This document shows positions 1-9,724 of a stretch of 64,000 nt of DNA, in pieces. Numbering within the stretch: the stretch's first letter is position 1; every line of letters begins with the position of its first letter. Made by a program: the position numbers and the translations under genes. The stretch covers positions 1 to 64,000 of the forward strand of contig DAHWNL010000082.1 of NCBI GenBank assembly GCA_027339965.1, written 5' to 3'. The notes below the pieces were generated by a model. The model was not told the DNA's origin, did not search any database, and saw only the letters and a list, made by a program, of their open reading frames with translations. The stretch is from Granulicella sp. (GTDB lineage Bacteria > Acidobacteriota > Terriglobia > Terriglobales > Acidobacteriaceae).

Positions 1-141
1 CTGGATCGTCCAACGCAGCTTCGCCTGGCTGGGAAAATGCCGCCGGCTATGGAAGAACTGCGAGCGCAAACTGAACACCAGCCTGCAAATGGTCCACCTG
101 GCATTCCTCAGGCTCCTGCTCAAGAGATCATAAACAGGCCC
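1..141 (+). mobile_element. IS5-family insertion sequence, right end: transposase C-terminus (2..133) plus probable right inverted repeat; truncated by the window edge
   Basis: Frame 2 reads WIVQRSFAWLGKCRRLWKNCERKLNTSLQMVHLAFLRLLLKRS*, matching the IS5-family RWxVERTFAWLxxxRRL C-terminal motif. TCATAAACAGGCCC at 128-141 resembles an IS1031-group end. Confidence 0.8.
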
Positions 142-213
142 GTAGAAAGCTACAAAAACTGTCCAAGCAAACGGAGCCACCGCAGGCAGCCTTCACCCCT
201 TCTGCTTCCCGCA

Positions 214-1827
214 TTACTTGGAATAAAGCCCCCCACTGCCTTTCAGGGTCGGCTTCGCGTTGAAGCTGCCGAAGGTCAGGCCCTCGCCGGAGGCAATATA
301 TTCCTTCATCCTGGCTGACATCTGCCGTGCAATGTCGGGATGAAGCTCCACCACGTTGGTCAGCTCCTGTGGATCTTTCGCCAGATTGTAAAGCTGTGGC
401 TTGTAAGTGCTGAGGGGCGCTCCAGGAAAGACATGATACTGATCCTGCTGCGCTTCCGGCTGCCAGATCTCGGAGTAGCTCCATTCTTTGGTGCGCACCG
501 CTCCCACCCAGCCGTAGGTCTGCACCACGCTGTCGCGGATGGAGCGGGTCTCGCCTGTCACCAGGGGCCAAACGTTGGCTCCGGTCACGCGCGCCGGCGG
601 TTGCAACCCCAGCAGATGAAGCAGCGTGGGCATCACGTCGGGAATCTGTACGAAGCCGTCCACCTTCTTGCCCGCGCCTTCGCCTCCTGGAACCCGGACC
701 ATGAGCGGAACATGCGTAACCTGTCCACGCAGCTTGTCCGGCCCTTTCAGGAACTGGCCGTGCTCGCCCAGCATGGTGCCATGGTCGGACATGAACACCA
801 CCACCGAGTTCTCGAACAATCCCAACTGCTCGATCGTGTCCAGCACCTTGCCGACCCAGTAGTCGACATCCGTCACAGCGCCGGCGTAATTGGCGCGAAA
901 TCTCTGCTTGATCTCGCTGGGAAGGGGAACCGTATCATAAGGCGGCTCGATGAAGCGGGGGTTCCGGGCGTTCGGCATGTACTTCTCCAGGAAGCGCCGG
1001 GGCGGGTCCCACGGCTCATGGGAGTTGAACGACTCCAGGTGTAGATAGAACGGCCGCTCGCCATGGTTTTCCTTCAGCCAGCGGATGCCCTCTTGCATGA
1101 CAATCTGGGTTACCGACTCTCCGTGCCGCTTCCACTTGTTGCGGTTGGCCTTATATTGGCTCAGTTGCGCGTGCAGTCCGGGAAAGCGCGCCAGATACTC
1201 GGCCGAAACCAGATCGCTCACGTCCAGAAGTTTATGCGGCGAGGTGCCGTAGGGGTCCCATTCCAAGCCTCGTACCCACCTCCAGCTATCAAACCCCCGC
1301 TGAAAGTTCTGGCTGGGCTTGAATTCGTGATAGAGGCTGCTGATCAGCGCGTTGATGTAGCCCGATGCACTTAGCGTCTCGCTCAGCGTGACATCCTCGT
1401 TGTAGAGCGCATGCCACCCCGGCAGTTGCACGTTGGCGTGCTGGGGAAAATAATAAAAGGGAATCACGCGCCGCCCCGTGTAGAGCGTGCGCCGGATGAC
1501 GATGGTGGGCATGCCCTCCGGATACGCATCGTTGAAGACCACCGCATTCTGCGCAAAGCGGTCCAGATTGGGCGTCTCCAGGTTCTCCAGCCACTTGGGT
1601 CCGTAGCAGGCCAGATTGTCGTGGCGAAATGTGTCGCTCACGATCACGATCAGGTTCAGGTTGTTGCCTTGCTGGCGGGGAGGCGGGACGTACGCTGATC
1701 CACACTCCTGGCTCGGTACGGTGGCTTGACTCGCGCTCGCGAATGCCTCACCGGCGCTGGCTCCGGCCGCAATCCCAGCCGCTGCGGTCTTCAGGAAACT
1801 CCTCCGCGAATAGTTCTCCTTCTTCAT
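214..1827 (-). CDS. Tat-exported sulfatase / alkaline-phosphatase-superfamily hydrolase
   Basis: Twin-arginine signal SRRSFLK. Sulfatase-fold motifs IVSDTFRHD, TPNLDRFA, SHEPWDPP, MSDHG and QLYNLAKDPQE. Confidence 0.9.
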   Translation of the reverse strand: MKKENYSRRSFLKTAAAGIAAGASAGEAFASASQATVPSQECGSAYVPPPRQQGNNLNLIVIVSDTFRHDNLACYGPKWLENLETPNLDRFAQNAVVFNDAYPEGMPTIVIRRTLYTGRRVIPFYYFPQHANVQLPGWHALYNEDVTLSETLSASGYINALISSLYHEFKPSQNFQRGFDSWRWVRGLEWDPYGTSPHKLLDVSDLVSAEYLARFPGLHAQLSQYKANRNKWKRHGESVTQIVMQEGIRWLKENHGERPFYLHLESFNSHEPWDPPRRFLEKYMPNARNPRFIEPPYDTVPLPSEIKQRFRANYAGAVTDVDYWVGKVLDTIEQLGLFENSVVVFMSDHGTMLGEHGQFLKGPDKLRGQVTHVPLMVRVPGGEGAGKKVDGFVQIPDVMPTLLHLLGLQPPARVTGANVWPLVTGETRSIRDSVVQTYGWVGAVRTKEWSYSEIWQPEAQQDQYHVFPGAPLSTYKPQLYNLAKDPQELTNVVELHPDIARQMSARMKEYIASGEGLTFGSFNAKPTLKGSGGLYSK

Positions 1828-2272
1828 CGTTTCCCCTCTTTCTGGATTTCTCAGTCTGGCTGTGTTGCTTGATCCGTTTTCAGGTTGTCTTTCTCCAACG
1901 CTGCTATCACCGGGCTAAAGCCTTTATCGACGATGGTAGACGAGCTTTTCTTGCCACGCCAAAATCTCCTCCAATCCTGCCTGTTGCCGGGTGGTCTGGA
2001 GGGAGCCTGCGGTGGCGCTTTCCTTTCGCCACAGCCGACAAGTTCCTTCACATGGTACTCGTAACGGGGGTCACGAACGAGCACGCAAGCAGAAGCCAAC
2101 AACATATCCGCTTCATCATTCTCCTTGAGAAAATTGTGTAGCGGGAGCCGGTTGTTGGGCTGAACTGCGGCGCCGGATGCTTTGGAAAAGAACTTCGCAA
2201 GCCGTCTCCCGGGAGCTTGTGGCATGCGGCAACCGTCTCAGAAGACTGTCACCCGGCAACGGCGTTAAGCAG

Positions 2273-2300
2273 AAAAAGCCCTGTCCCGAAGGACAGGGCT
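2273..2300 (-). terminator. Intrinsic terminator closing the phage late/lysis transcript
   Basis: AGCCCTGTCC-CGAA-GGACAGGGCT perfect 10-bp stem, followed by a T-run on the minus strand, downstream of the last phage gene. Confidence 0.8.
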
Positions 2301-2487
2301 CCGCCACTCACTGGCGGCTTCCACTCATCTGTTGCAGCTCGCTCGCTGGGTCAGCTTACCCGAGTCTGCCTCGTCATCTCTGGATCCATTCCACCGCTGC
2401 CGCCGCTGTCAGACTCCCTTCCCGGCGAACGCGGCGGGCCGACCCTACGGGAACAGACCGTCGGACCCGACCAGCGAAGCGCCCGCA

Positions 2488-2820
2488 TCATGCAATTCCC
2501 GAAGAGCGGACGATCTTTTGCTCCGCCTGCGCTCTCTCCAGATCTCCGGCCGCAGCCTTGGCTCCGTGGTCCTTCTGGAACAGGTTAAGCCCCGCGGAGA
2601 CGATCTTGCCAACCTCCTTGCTGAGCCCGTGGCCATCTTCGGAGTCGATTGCGGCGCGGGTTGAGATCGTCTCGTCGGGAGGACCGCCCAGCAGCGTATT
2701 CGCACACTGGTCAATCGCCACCAGCGATCGTTCCACAAAGCCTTCCTTGGCTACCTGTTGCTGTTCCACTCCAACCTGGGCAGGGGTCAGTGGAGTGATG
2801 GGATTGGACGGATTCTTCAT
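2488..2820 (-). CDS. Phage hypothetical protein (lysis-region family)
   Basis: LVAIDQCANTLLGGPPDETISTR resembles a recurrent small phage protein motif. ATG at 2820 is preceded by an AGGAGG-like RBS. Confidence 0.65.
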   Translation of the reverse strand: MKNPSNPITPLTPAQVGVEQQQVAKEGFVERSLVAIDQCANTLLGGPPDETISTRAAIDSEDGHGLSKEVGKIVSAGLNLFQKDHGAKAAAGDLERAQAEQKIVRSSGIA

Positions 2821-2827
2821 AAGCCTC

Positions 2828-3550
2828 CTATGGCACTCGGTTCTCAAACAGTTGCTGACCCCAGTAAAGTGGTTCCACCATCTCCAGGGCACCATGGATC
2901 ATCGGCCACGATCTACGCACCTTGCAGCCAAAAGTCCGGCAGGGCGACGGAAACAGAAATGCATGGAACTTGTGCTGAAAGTCGGTTGTCGTTGCGTCCA
3001 GGTTGTGGGTAACTTGCTGGGTTTCCTCCAGCGCGGCGGGAATCTCCGGACTCTCTAGCAGCGAATCAAAGTCCTGCAGAGACCGTTGCATCACCGCTTC
3101 GTCCGGTTGCAAACCCTTGGCCGATGCATCCAGATCCTGCGTAGCTGCATCGGCTGACTTCAGCACCGGCGCGATCCCCTCCGTGATGGATCGCAGCGAT
3201 GCTGCCGCGGCGTCAGAGGTCGCGCCGAGCGCATCCACCGTCTGGTTGACGTGCGGCGCAATCGTCCGCAGGCTCTCCATGGCGGCGATCACCTGCGGAG
3301 TTATCTGCTGCTCCTGAATCTGGCTTGTCGCGATCGCATCGCCGCCTTTGGTCACCGCTTTGGTAAAAGCCGCCAGCGTCCCGCAGGGGCCGGGAGCGCA
3401 GGAGCGGTTTACGGTCTCGAGGGCAACATTCGCCTGGGCCAGGGTCCGGTCCAGCGTGCGAACCAGAACCATTGCGCAGGCGGCCACCACCCCGCAGAGG
3501 GTGATGACCGCCAATGAGCCGGCAATCTGCGTGCGTTCAACGTGGGTCAT
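2828..3550 (-). CDS. Membrane-anchored coiled-coil protein, possible spanin-like lysis accessory
   Basis: N-terminal TM segment (GSLAVITLCGVVAACAMVLV), long Ala-rich helical body, two Cys pairs, located in the lysis cassette. Confidence 0.55.
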   Translation of the reverse strand: MTHVERTQIAGSLAVITLCGVVAACAMVLVRTLDRTLAQANVALETVNRSCAPGPCGTLAAFTKAVTKGGDAIATSQIQEQQITPQVIAAMESLRTIAPHVNQTVDALGATSDAAAASLRSITEGIAPVLKSADAATQDLDASAKGLQPDEAVMQRSLQDFDSLLESPEIPAALEETQQVTHNLDATTTDFQHKFHAFLFPSPCRTFGCKVRRSWPMIHGALEMVEPLYWGQQLFENRVP

Positions 3551-3559
3551 TGCGCACCG

Positions 3560-4024
3560 TCAGGCTGCGGCTCCGGCTGGGGCTCCAGCCGCGCCGGTGC
3601 TTGTCGTCGCTGGAACCGCATTGAGCAGCGCCGTAATCTCCGTGCTGATCACGTTGGTGTACTCTTCCACCTTGCTCACCAGGGAAGGATTGCTCACCCG
3701 AACCGCCGCCAGCAGGTTGGGAAGCTCCGCTTGGATGCCGCTCAATAGGCTCGGGAGGCTGGTTGCAGCGTTTACTGTCTTCACGGTCGCCAGCGCAGTA
3801 GCCAGGTCTGCTTTGATGCCGCCCAGAATAGCGTTCGCCTCCTCGCCCAGGGCTGCGCCGCCTCCAACAGTCAGAATCGTCACCACGATCGGCCCAAGGT
3901 AGGTCAACACTCCCTGTGCGATGGAAATCCAGCTCGGAGCCTCTCCGAACAACTTTTTGAAGGCTGCCTCGACCTTGGCTGCGAACGACTTCAAATCTGA
4001 GATTAGCTCGCCAAAAAAACTCAT
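3560..4024 (-). CDS. Phage amphipathic/membrane protein in the lysis cassette
   Basis: Strong RBS (GGAGGAG), amphipathic N-terminus and hydrophobic segment. Confidence 0.6.
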   Translation of the reverse strand: MSFFGELISDLKSFAAKVEAAFKKLFGEAPSWISIAQGVLTYLGPIVVTILTVGGGAALGEEANAILGGIKADLATALATVKTVNAATSLPSLLSGIQAELPNLLAAVRVSNPSLVSKVEEYTNVISTEITALLNAVPATTSTGAAGAPAGAAA

Positions 4025-4038
4025 CGTTTCTTCTCCTC

Positions 4039-4245
4039 CTACTGCATAGGGTTTGCGGTGACTTCACCGAAGTTATTTCTGCCCAGGCGCTGCCCGGTAA
4101 GGATTCCCGTACCGGTGCCCCCAAACGTCAAACCGAAACTCACCAGATCATGCCATCCAAAGCGCGAGCCCAGGCCGATCGTGGCTGCAGCGCCGAAGAT
4201 CAGCGCCAAGGCGATGATCTGTGTCTGCGTCTCCTTATCCTTCAT
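4039..4245 (-). CDS. Small two-TM protein, holin candidate
   Basis: 68 aa with two hydrophobic helices; ATGA overlap with the endolysin stop. Confidence 0.55.
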   Translation of the reverse strand: MKDKETQTQIIALALIFGAAATIGLGSRFGWHDLVSFGLTFGGTGTGILTGQRLGRNNFGEVTANPMQ

Positions 4246-4703
4246 CCCATCGCCTCCTCGGCCGTTGCCTGGCCCAGGAACATCGCGGCCTCCGCCCTGC
4301 GCCGGGCCACCAGTCCCGGCAGCGTCGCGCCGGCCGCATCATGTACCCAGAGGCCAAACTGAGCCGCCGCCCCCTGCATATCGCCGGCGTTCACCTTGCG
4401 CAACAGCTCGGAGCGCTCCAGATTTCCTGTGCCGCAGTTGAAGCAGAAGTCCACCAGGGCGTCGAACTGGTGCTGCTCCAGGGGCTGCTCAACGGCTCTG
4501 TTGACCACAGAGACTGGTTCGGCTACATCGCGCCGCAGCGCCTCTTCCGCCTGCTCTGGCGTCCACGCCAAACCGGCATGAACATCCCGCCCGGTGTGCC
4601 CGTAGCCGATCGTCCACACTCCGCCTGCGTCTCGATAAGCCTCCGTGCGCAGCCCCTCAAAGCTCTTGGTGAGCTGCAATCCCTTTTCGCTGTACCCACG
4701 CAT
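4242..4703 (-). CDS. Phage endolysin, GH24 (T4/P22-like lysozyme)
   Basis: FEGLRTEAYRDAGGVWTIGYGHT with the E-8x-D-5x-T triad, QFDALVDFCFNCG and LPGLVARRRAE. Confidence 0.95.
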   Translation of the reverse strand: MRGYSEKGLQLTKSFEGLRTEAYRDAGGVWTIGYGHTGRDVHAGLAWTPEQAEEALRRDVAEPVSVVNRAVEQPLEQHQFDALVDFCFNCGTGNLERSELLRKVNAGDMQGAAAQFGLWVHDAAGATLPGLVARRRAEAAMFLGQATAEEAMG

Positions 4704-5065
4704 CAGTGCGCCCCCTTCAAGTACTCCTGAATCACCGCCTGCAGCAGCAGTTGCACCACCAGGAAGACACCCATGGCGACGCCGCCATAGACCATCAAAC
4801 GGTCGATCTTGGTTCCATGAGCCTGGATCTGTGCGGTCACCATGCGGAAGGCTCCCTCCTTGCCAAAGAAGTTCTTCCAGTTCGTCTCCAACGTGTCGGT
4901 TCGCCGGAGCAACTCGGTCTGGATCTCCTGAAGCTTAGCGTCACGCACATCATCCACCTTCCTCCGCTCCGCATCCACCTCGTCTCGCGCGCTCAATCGC
5001 GTCTCAATCGCATCCAGCGCGACGCGCACCTCCCCTATGTTCTGCACTCGCCTGGCTACAATCAT
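4703..5065 (-). CDS. Coiled-coil protein with C-terminal TM (holin/XhlA-like)
   Basis: ATG at 5065 after a GAGGAG RBS; C-terminal hydrophobic helix; coupled to the endolysin gene. Confidence 0.55.
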   Translation of the reverse strand: MIVARRVQNIGEVRVALDAIETRLSARDEVDAERRKVDDVRDAKLQEIQTELLRRTDTLETNWKNFFGKEGAFRMVTAQIQAHGTKIDRLMVYGGVAMGVFLVVQLLLQAVIQEYLKGAH

Positions 5066-5447
5066 GGACTCCTCCTCGAAAACACACTCTTGAACAGGAC
5101 GACGCCCTCGCAACATGCGCGGATCAAACTGCCTTCCAACTTGTTCGGTTTGGATGGGAGCCGGCACTTCAACCCCGGCAGTCGATTCCGTGAATGGATC
5201 GCGCCGGAGCAGCGCGGCTTCGGGAGACTCGAGCCGCGGAGCACAGCTACAGGGAAGCCGTCTCATCTCCTCCCGCGATCCGGCTCGGCAGAACTTGTGG
5301 CTCTATGGCATCGATGCGCGGCCTTCCGCTTGGCGCGGCATCATCCACTCCCACCCCTGCCGGCCGTGACCGTCAGCGGATCTGTCAGGCCGGCTCGGCA
5401 ACCCTTCCCCACTTGACCGCCCCACCATACCTAAGCGTCGCAACGAA

Positions 5448-6203
5448 TTAATAGCTGAAAGCACCCAGAATTGCTGTATAACTTGTGCCGTTCGAACTCG
5501 TCATGGCTCCTGTTGCCGAACTCACGATAGTGGTCGATGTATTCCACTCGCAAGCGGCATACGCACTGTCTGTCAGACTGGGTTGATCAACTGCGGCCAA
5601 TGTAGATTGGCTACCGGCCATATCTCCAGCGGAAGCAACTCCTACATGACCATTTACACAGAAGATGTTAATCGTAGGAGCGGCTGTCGAAGTGAACGAC
5701 CCGGAGGTATAGGAAGAAACGTTAGAAGAATTGCTGTTTGTGGAAGAAGTATTTAGTGTGACCGTGGGAGATAGGAACTCTAAAACAATCATCGATTGAT
5801 AGCCAGAATCGCTGGATGGTGTACAGGTGAATGTGCTTGTAGTTACTGGAGTCGACGCTCCAAGAACTAGATAGCTCATCTGCGCCGCGTTGTAGTAGGA
5901 TTCCGCAAGGGCTGTCACAATACTGAAAGAAGTGCTGTTGTAGTTGGCCACAACGGGGACCGTCGCCGCACTATTTTGTCCAGCACCGCAAAATGCTACC
6001 AGCAACTCATTAGGACCTATGTTCATTGCAGGGGTTGTCACCGAGGTACTGGCAGTTGATCCCGTATTTGACACATAGGTATAGCCTAACAAGGTAGGGG
6101 ACGTTGGGGCTGTTCCCAGCGATCCTCCAGTTAGAGACGGCCCCATATCCTGTCTTCCGGCCAGTAGCAACACACCCGCTAGCAGTACGCTCTTCCCGAT
6201 CAT
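5448..6203 (-). CDS. Ser/Thr-rich beta-strand phage protein with signal-peptide-like N-terminus (fibre-associated/adhesin)
   Basis: MIGKSVLLAGVLLLAG N-terminus; low GC; immediately follows the large fibre-like gene. Confidence 0.7.
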   Translation of the reverse strand: MIGKSVLLAGVLLLAGRQDMGPSLTGGSLGTAPTSPTLLGYTYVSNTGSTASTSVTTPAMNIGPNELLVAFCGAGQNSAATVPVVANYNSTSFSIVTALAESYYNAAQMSYLVLGASTPVTTSTFTCTPSSDSGYQSMIVLEFLSPTVTLNTSSTNSNSSNVSSYTSGSFTSTAAPTINIFCVNGHVGVASAGDMAGSQSTLAAVDQPSLTDSAYAACEWNTSTTIVSSATGAMTSSNGTSYTAILGAFSY

Positions 6204-6205
6204 AG

Positions 6206-9200
6206 CTACTCTACTCCAATCGAGAAGGTGATAGCGCTGTAGGTGATGGAGTTGGCCGTCTGGTTACAGACCTCCCACTCCGCGGTATTGGCTGCGCTAG
6301 GCCAGATGTGGAACACCATCCCTCCGACCGCTCCCCAACCTGTAAGAGAAGCCGGGTCTGAAGTATATCCGGAGGATATATGACTACCTGCGCCGCTGGT
6401 ATTCACGCCTGTGATGGTGACTGAAGCCGCAGTGGAACAGCTATTTGCCGTCTGGGTTCCGGAACTGACTGAAAGCGTGGTATCGTTTGGCATCACCACC
6501 GGAGTTCCATTCACCATAGGAGTTTGAGCAAAGTTCATCTGGCCAGTGGCGTTCGATGCAGTAAATAAGCCCTCAAAGGTTGTGCCGCTACCAATACTCA
6601 TCCCAACATTAGTTCCAGTGGCATACAGATTCACTGTGTTCGTCGAGGGAGTTTGGTTGTAGCCCTGAATAGCAGACGTCCCAAGAAGAATTACTGATGG
6701 AACCGCTGTATCTGGGCTTGCGCTTCCGGGAGAACCGCCTATGAAACTAATAGAAGCAGGCGCAACGGTTCCACCCACTGAGAGATTATTACCAATGTTG
6801 AAATAATCATTGATTGGATCTACTCTGAGCCATCTAGCACTTCCAGCATAGAAGAGATAATAAGGGGGAGTGTAAGTTCCAGGACCAGGATTACCTTCGC
6901 CCTCACAAATAATGCAGCCGTTTTCTGCGGGGGCCTGATACAAGGCGAAATCTTGAGTCCATGTTCCATTAGCCACTAACATGATGTTCCCTGGATTATT
7001 TGTTCCAGTTGCTCCATTGGAAACATTTATATTACTGCTTACCCATGCTGGGCCTTGATCCTGAAGAGTTAGTTGGGACTCGTTATTATAAGGAATACTA
7101 CCTTGACCATGCGTGTCGATGATATCACTCTCGCTATATACCGCGGCTGGAGCTTCGACTACAAAGTCCCCACTATTCCAAACTACTTGATTAGGTTGTA
7201 CAATCATGTTGTTTTCGTTGGACGAAGAACTTATAAAAGCCCCAGGATAGAAAGTGTACTCCGGGTAACCCATATTGATGGAGCAAGTTCCATCTGGACC
7301 CTCGTTAGCTCCAGTCTGTGCCCACCCTAGAGATTGGTTCTGGTTATCGTAGCTGTTAACGGTTATCGTATAGCTTCCGTTGAGGTCAGTGTCCACTGTA
7401 CAGCCAGCGACGTTTATTGTTTGCCCAATTGAAAAGTCGAAGATATTCATATAAGGACCGACATGTCCAGGAGGAGCACTTACCGATACAACATTATTTG
7501 TACGAGTCAGAGATACGCTAGCATTATATTGGAGCCCCGCATAGAGAAGTGCAGGAGTTGGGCTAGTTCCTTCTCCAATGCATCCTCCCACAACGCAGTT
7601 CGCAAGAAGAATCTGAGTTGTGGATGTTGCTCCGAGTACCTGATATGCCGCTGGCCAACCACTAGACCCTGATCCCCATGAATTGCTGTTTATAACAAAT
7701 TGACCACAAGGACCGCCCTGCATGATGGGAGAGTTAGATCCGCTCCATCCATGATAGGTAGTAAAAGTAATAGACTGGACGCCGCCACTAGCTGTTCCCA
7801 CGCTGATAATAGGGACTTCCTCTTGATACCATCCGGCCATGCAGGCATCTTCTCCGGCTACAAAACTCCCAGGAGACGCTGGACTTGTTCCCAGCGTTAT
7901 CTGACAGGTGTCTGTGGCGGGGGATAGATTATCCTGTCCGCCCGTAGCTGTGCATGTCCCCACGTTGCCCCATGCGGTGCTTTCTGTCACCGTGGTATTG
8001 CCTATATTGAAGGCGATAGAATCGTTCAAAATAGTTCCAGCGTTTGAGATGAAAGTAGCCTGAGGAGGAGTTGAATTCTGCATATCCAATAAAGTTCCAC
8101 CGGTAGCCCATTCCCATCCTGCTTGTCCCAAGCATCCTTGAGTGTGGCTCTCACAGGCGAAATTGGCTATAGCTAGAGTGGTCGAACCTTTTGTGGGCGC
8201 GGCGAGTTGTCCTTGCATAACAACCGACCCCGCATTTGGATACCCGCAGTCTGAAGTCTCTGTTGTAATTGGTCCCACTACAGGAAGACCTGTAGCGGTC
8301 GAGCATAGACCTTGAGCTGTTGTAAGACCTGGTGCAGAACCAGTTGGGACATAGACTCCCAGAGATTCACCTTGAACGATATTCACTGTTCCGAAATCAG
8401 CAGATGTGAAGGTCTGTGTCCCCGTTCCCGCTGCAAGCGTGATTGGAAGAACTTGATTGATGGTCGCATTGTTTCCAGTTCCGGGAGTCCAGACCACTAT
8501 ATAAGCAGGTCCGGCAGTGGCCGGAGTTTGAGCAAATGGAAGTGAGACGCTAGCAAGAACGCCTGATCCGGTGAAGGTCGAGTTACCACTATTGGCTCCA
8601 TCGAGCAGGAAGGTAACGCCGCTTGGACCTCCACTATAGGCTTCATATAATTCACCGACCGTGGGAGTCGTTAGATTCCCCTGAAAGTATCCCACCTGCT
8701 GCGGTTTGATATTAATGCCAGCCAATCCTTCATCGGAGCCGAAGTAAGCTCCGCCATAGAAGAGCAAATATGCATACTGCCAAGCGGCATCTCCAACCTT
8801 CAAATCGGTAAAGTTGCCGCTGATTCCGTGGTCGATTCCGGGAGAATTATTGAGAAAGTCGATGTTGAGGGCGGTGTGTCCGGCCCAGGGACCGTTGTTG
8901 TTGTAATAACCGGGACCACTCCCATTGAATTGCAAGCCAAGGTTTGTTAGAGGGGTCGCTAAGGTTGTTCCACGGTAATTCACTGTAGCGCCAAAGCTAC
9001 TGTTGGTCTGCGTGACATGTTGCGAGACGGAGGAGGCACCCATGATGCAGTCGCCACTCGCGCAGCTTCCATTGAAGGTGAAGGTGTTGCCGGTCTGACT
9101 CACGCCGCTGCCGGTCAGGGTGATATTCCCATTCACCGAACTCGACGGTCCGGTGATCGAGTTCACCAACGGGCCCGCCAGGGAAGAGTTCGGAATGGCG

Positions 9201-9724
9201 CTCGCGCTCACCGCCAGCGTCGGAGTGGTCGTCGCCGAGGTGACGGTTGGCGTCAGCCAGCTTGGCCAGCTCCCCGTGTCAAAGTTCGTCAGCGTGCCGC
9301 CGCTGTTGGTAATCGTGAAGGTGCTTCCCGACTGCGAGACGGCGTTTCCGGTAAGATACACGGTTCCAGTGGTGATGCCAGAGGGCCCCTGGATCGCGCT
9401 CACGCCGCTTCCAGCCGTGGCGCAGTTGGCCGCGCTAACCGTCCAGACGCCGTCGTTCTCCGCAGGGCAGCCGGTGAGTCCCTCGGTGTCAAGACCGAAG
9501 CCGCCGTTGCTAACCGGCAGAACGCCCTTCACCTGCGGACCCAGGTTGATGGCTTGTGCCGCCGCTGACTGCGCGCATCCGTAGCCAAACAGCAGTGCCA
9601 CGCTGGCCGCCAGACTGAGCAGAACTCTGTTCAAGGGCTGCTTCGCTCTCCAGATCAGGGAAGCAAAGCAGGCGCCGCAAATCCGGCCCCGCTCCGAACG
9701 TTCTCTAAAGAAGTCCAAACGCAT
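6206..9724 (-). CDS. Large tail-fibre/adhesin-like protein
   Basis: Fibre repeat INLGPQVKGVLPVSNGG, duplicated GPS..G...LTG..VSQ.G.TFT unit, G/S/T-rich. Start is ATG 9724 (AGGAG RBS) or TTG 9634. Confidence 0.75.
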   Translation of the reverse strand: MRLDFFRERSERGRICGACFASLIWRAKQPLNRVLLSLAASVALLFGYGCAQSAAAQAINLGPQVKGVLPVSNGGFGLDTEGLTGCPAENDGVWTVSAANCATAGSGVSAIQGPSGITTGTVYLTGNAVSQSGSTFTITNSGGTLTNFDTGSWPSWLTPTVTSATTTPTLAVSASAIPNSSLAGPLVNSITGPSSSVNGNITLTGSGVSQTGNTFTFNGSCASGDCIMGASSVSQHVTQTNSSFGATVNYRGTTLATPLTNLGLQFNGSGPGYYNNNGPWAGHTALNIDFLNNSPGIDHGISGNFTDLKVGDAAWQYAYLLFYGGAYFGSDEGLAGINIKPQQVGYFQGNLTTPTVGELYEAYSGGPSGVTFLLDGANSGNSTFTGSGVLASVSLPFAQTPATAGPAYIVVWTPGTGNNATINQVLPITLAAGTGTQTFTSADFGTVNIVQGESLGVYVPTGSAPGLTTAQGLCSTATGLPVVGPITTETSDCGYPNAGSVVMQGQLAAPTKGSTTLAIANFACESHTQGCLGQAGWEWATGGTLLDMQNSTPPQATFISNAGTILNDSIAFNIGNTTVTESTAWGNVGTCTATGGQDNLSPATDTCQITLGTSPASPGSFVAGEDACMAGWYQEEVPIISVGTASGGVQSITFTTYHGWSGSNSPIMQGGPCGQFVINSNSWGSGSSGWPAAYQVLGATSTTQILLANCVVGGCIGEGTSPTPALLYAGLQYNASVSLTRTNNVVSVSAPPGHVGPYMNIFDFSIGQTINVAGCTVDTDLNGSYTITVNSYDNQNQSLGWAQTGANEGPDGTCSINMGYPEYTFYPGAFISSSSNENNMIVQPNQVVWNSGDFVVEAPAAVYSESDIIDTHGQGSIPYNNESQLTLQDQGPAWVSSNINVSNGATGTNNPGNIMLVANGTWTQDFALYQAPAENGCIICEGEGNPGPGTYTPPYYLFYAGSARWLRVDPINDYFNIGNNLSVGGTVAPASISFIGGSPGSASPDTAVPSVILLGTSAIQGYNQTPSTNTVNLYATGTNVGMSIGSGTTFEGLFTASNATGQMNFAQTPMVNGTPVVMPNDTTLSVSSGTQTANSCSTAASVTITGVNTSGAGSHISSGYTSDPASLTGWGAVGGMVFHIWPSAANTAEWEVCNQTANSITYSAITFSIGVE

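Noticed and set aside
1851..2225. 124-aa minus-strand ORF upstream of the sulfatase
   Set aside because: No recognisable motif or RBS; may be a remnant, but I cannot support a call.
5066..5447. ncRNA or gene between the fibre module and lysis genes
   Set aside because: Only a weak hairpin (about 5213-5238); no recognisable family or convincing ORF.
5448..9724. Diversity-generating retroelement or invertase shufflon acting on the fibre
   Set aside because: No reverse transcriptase, TR/VR pair, recombinase or inverted cassettes seen.
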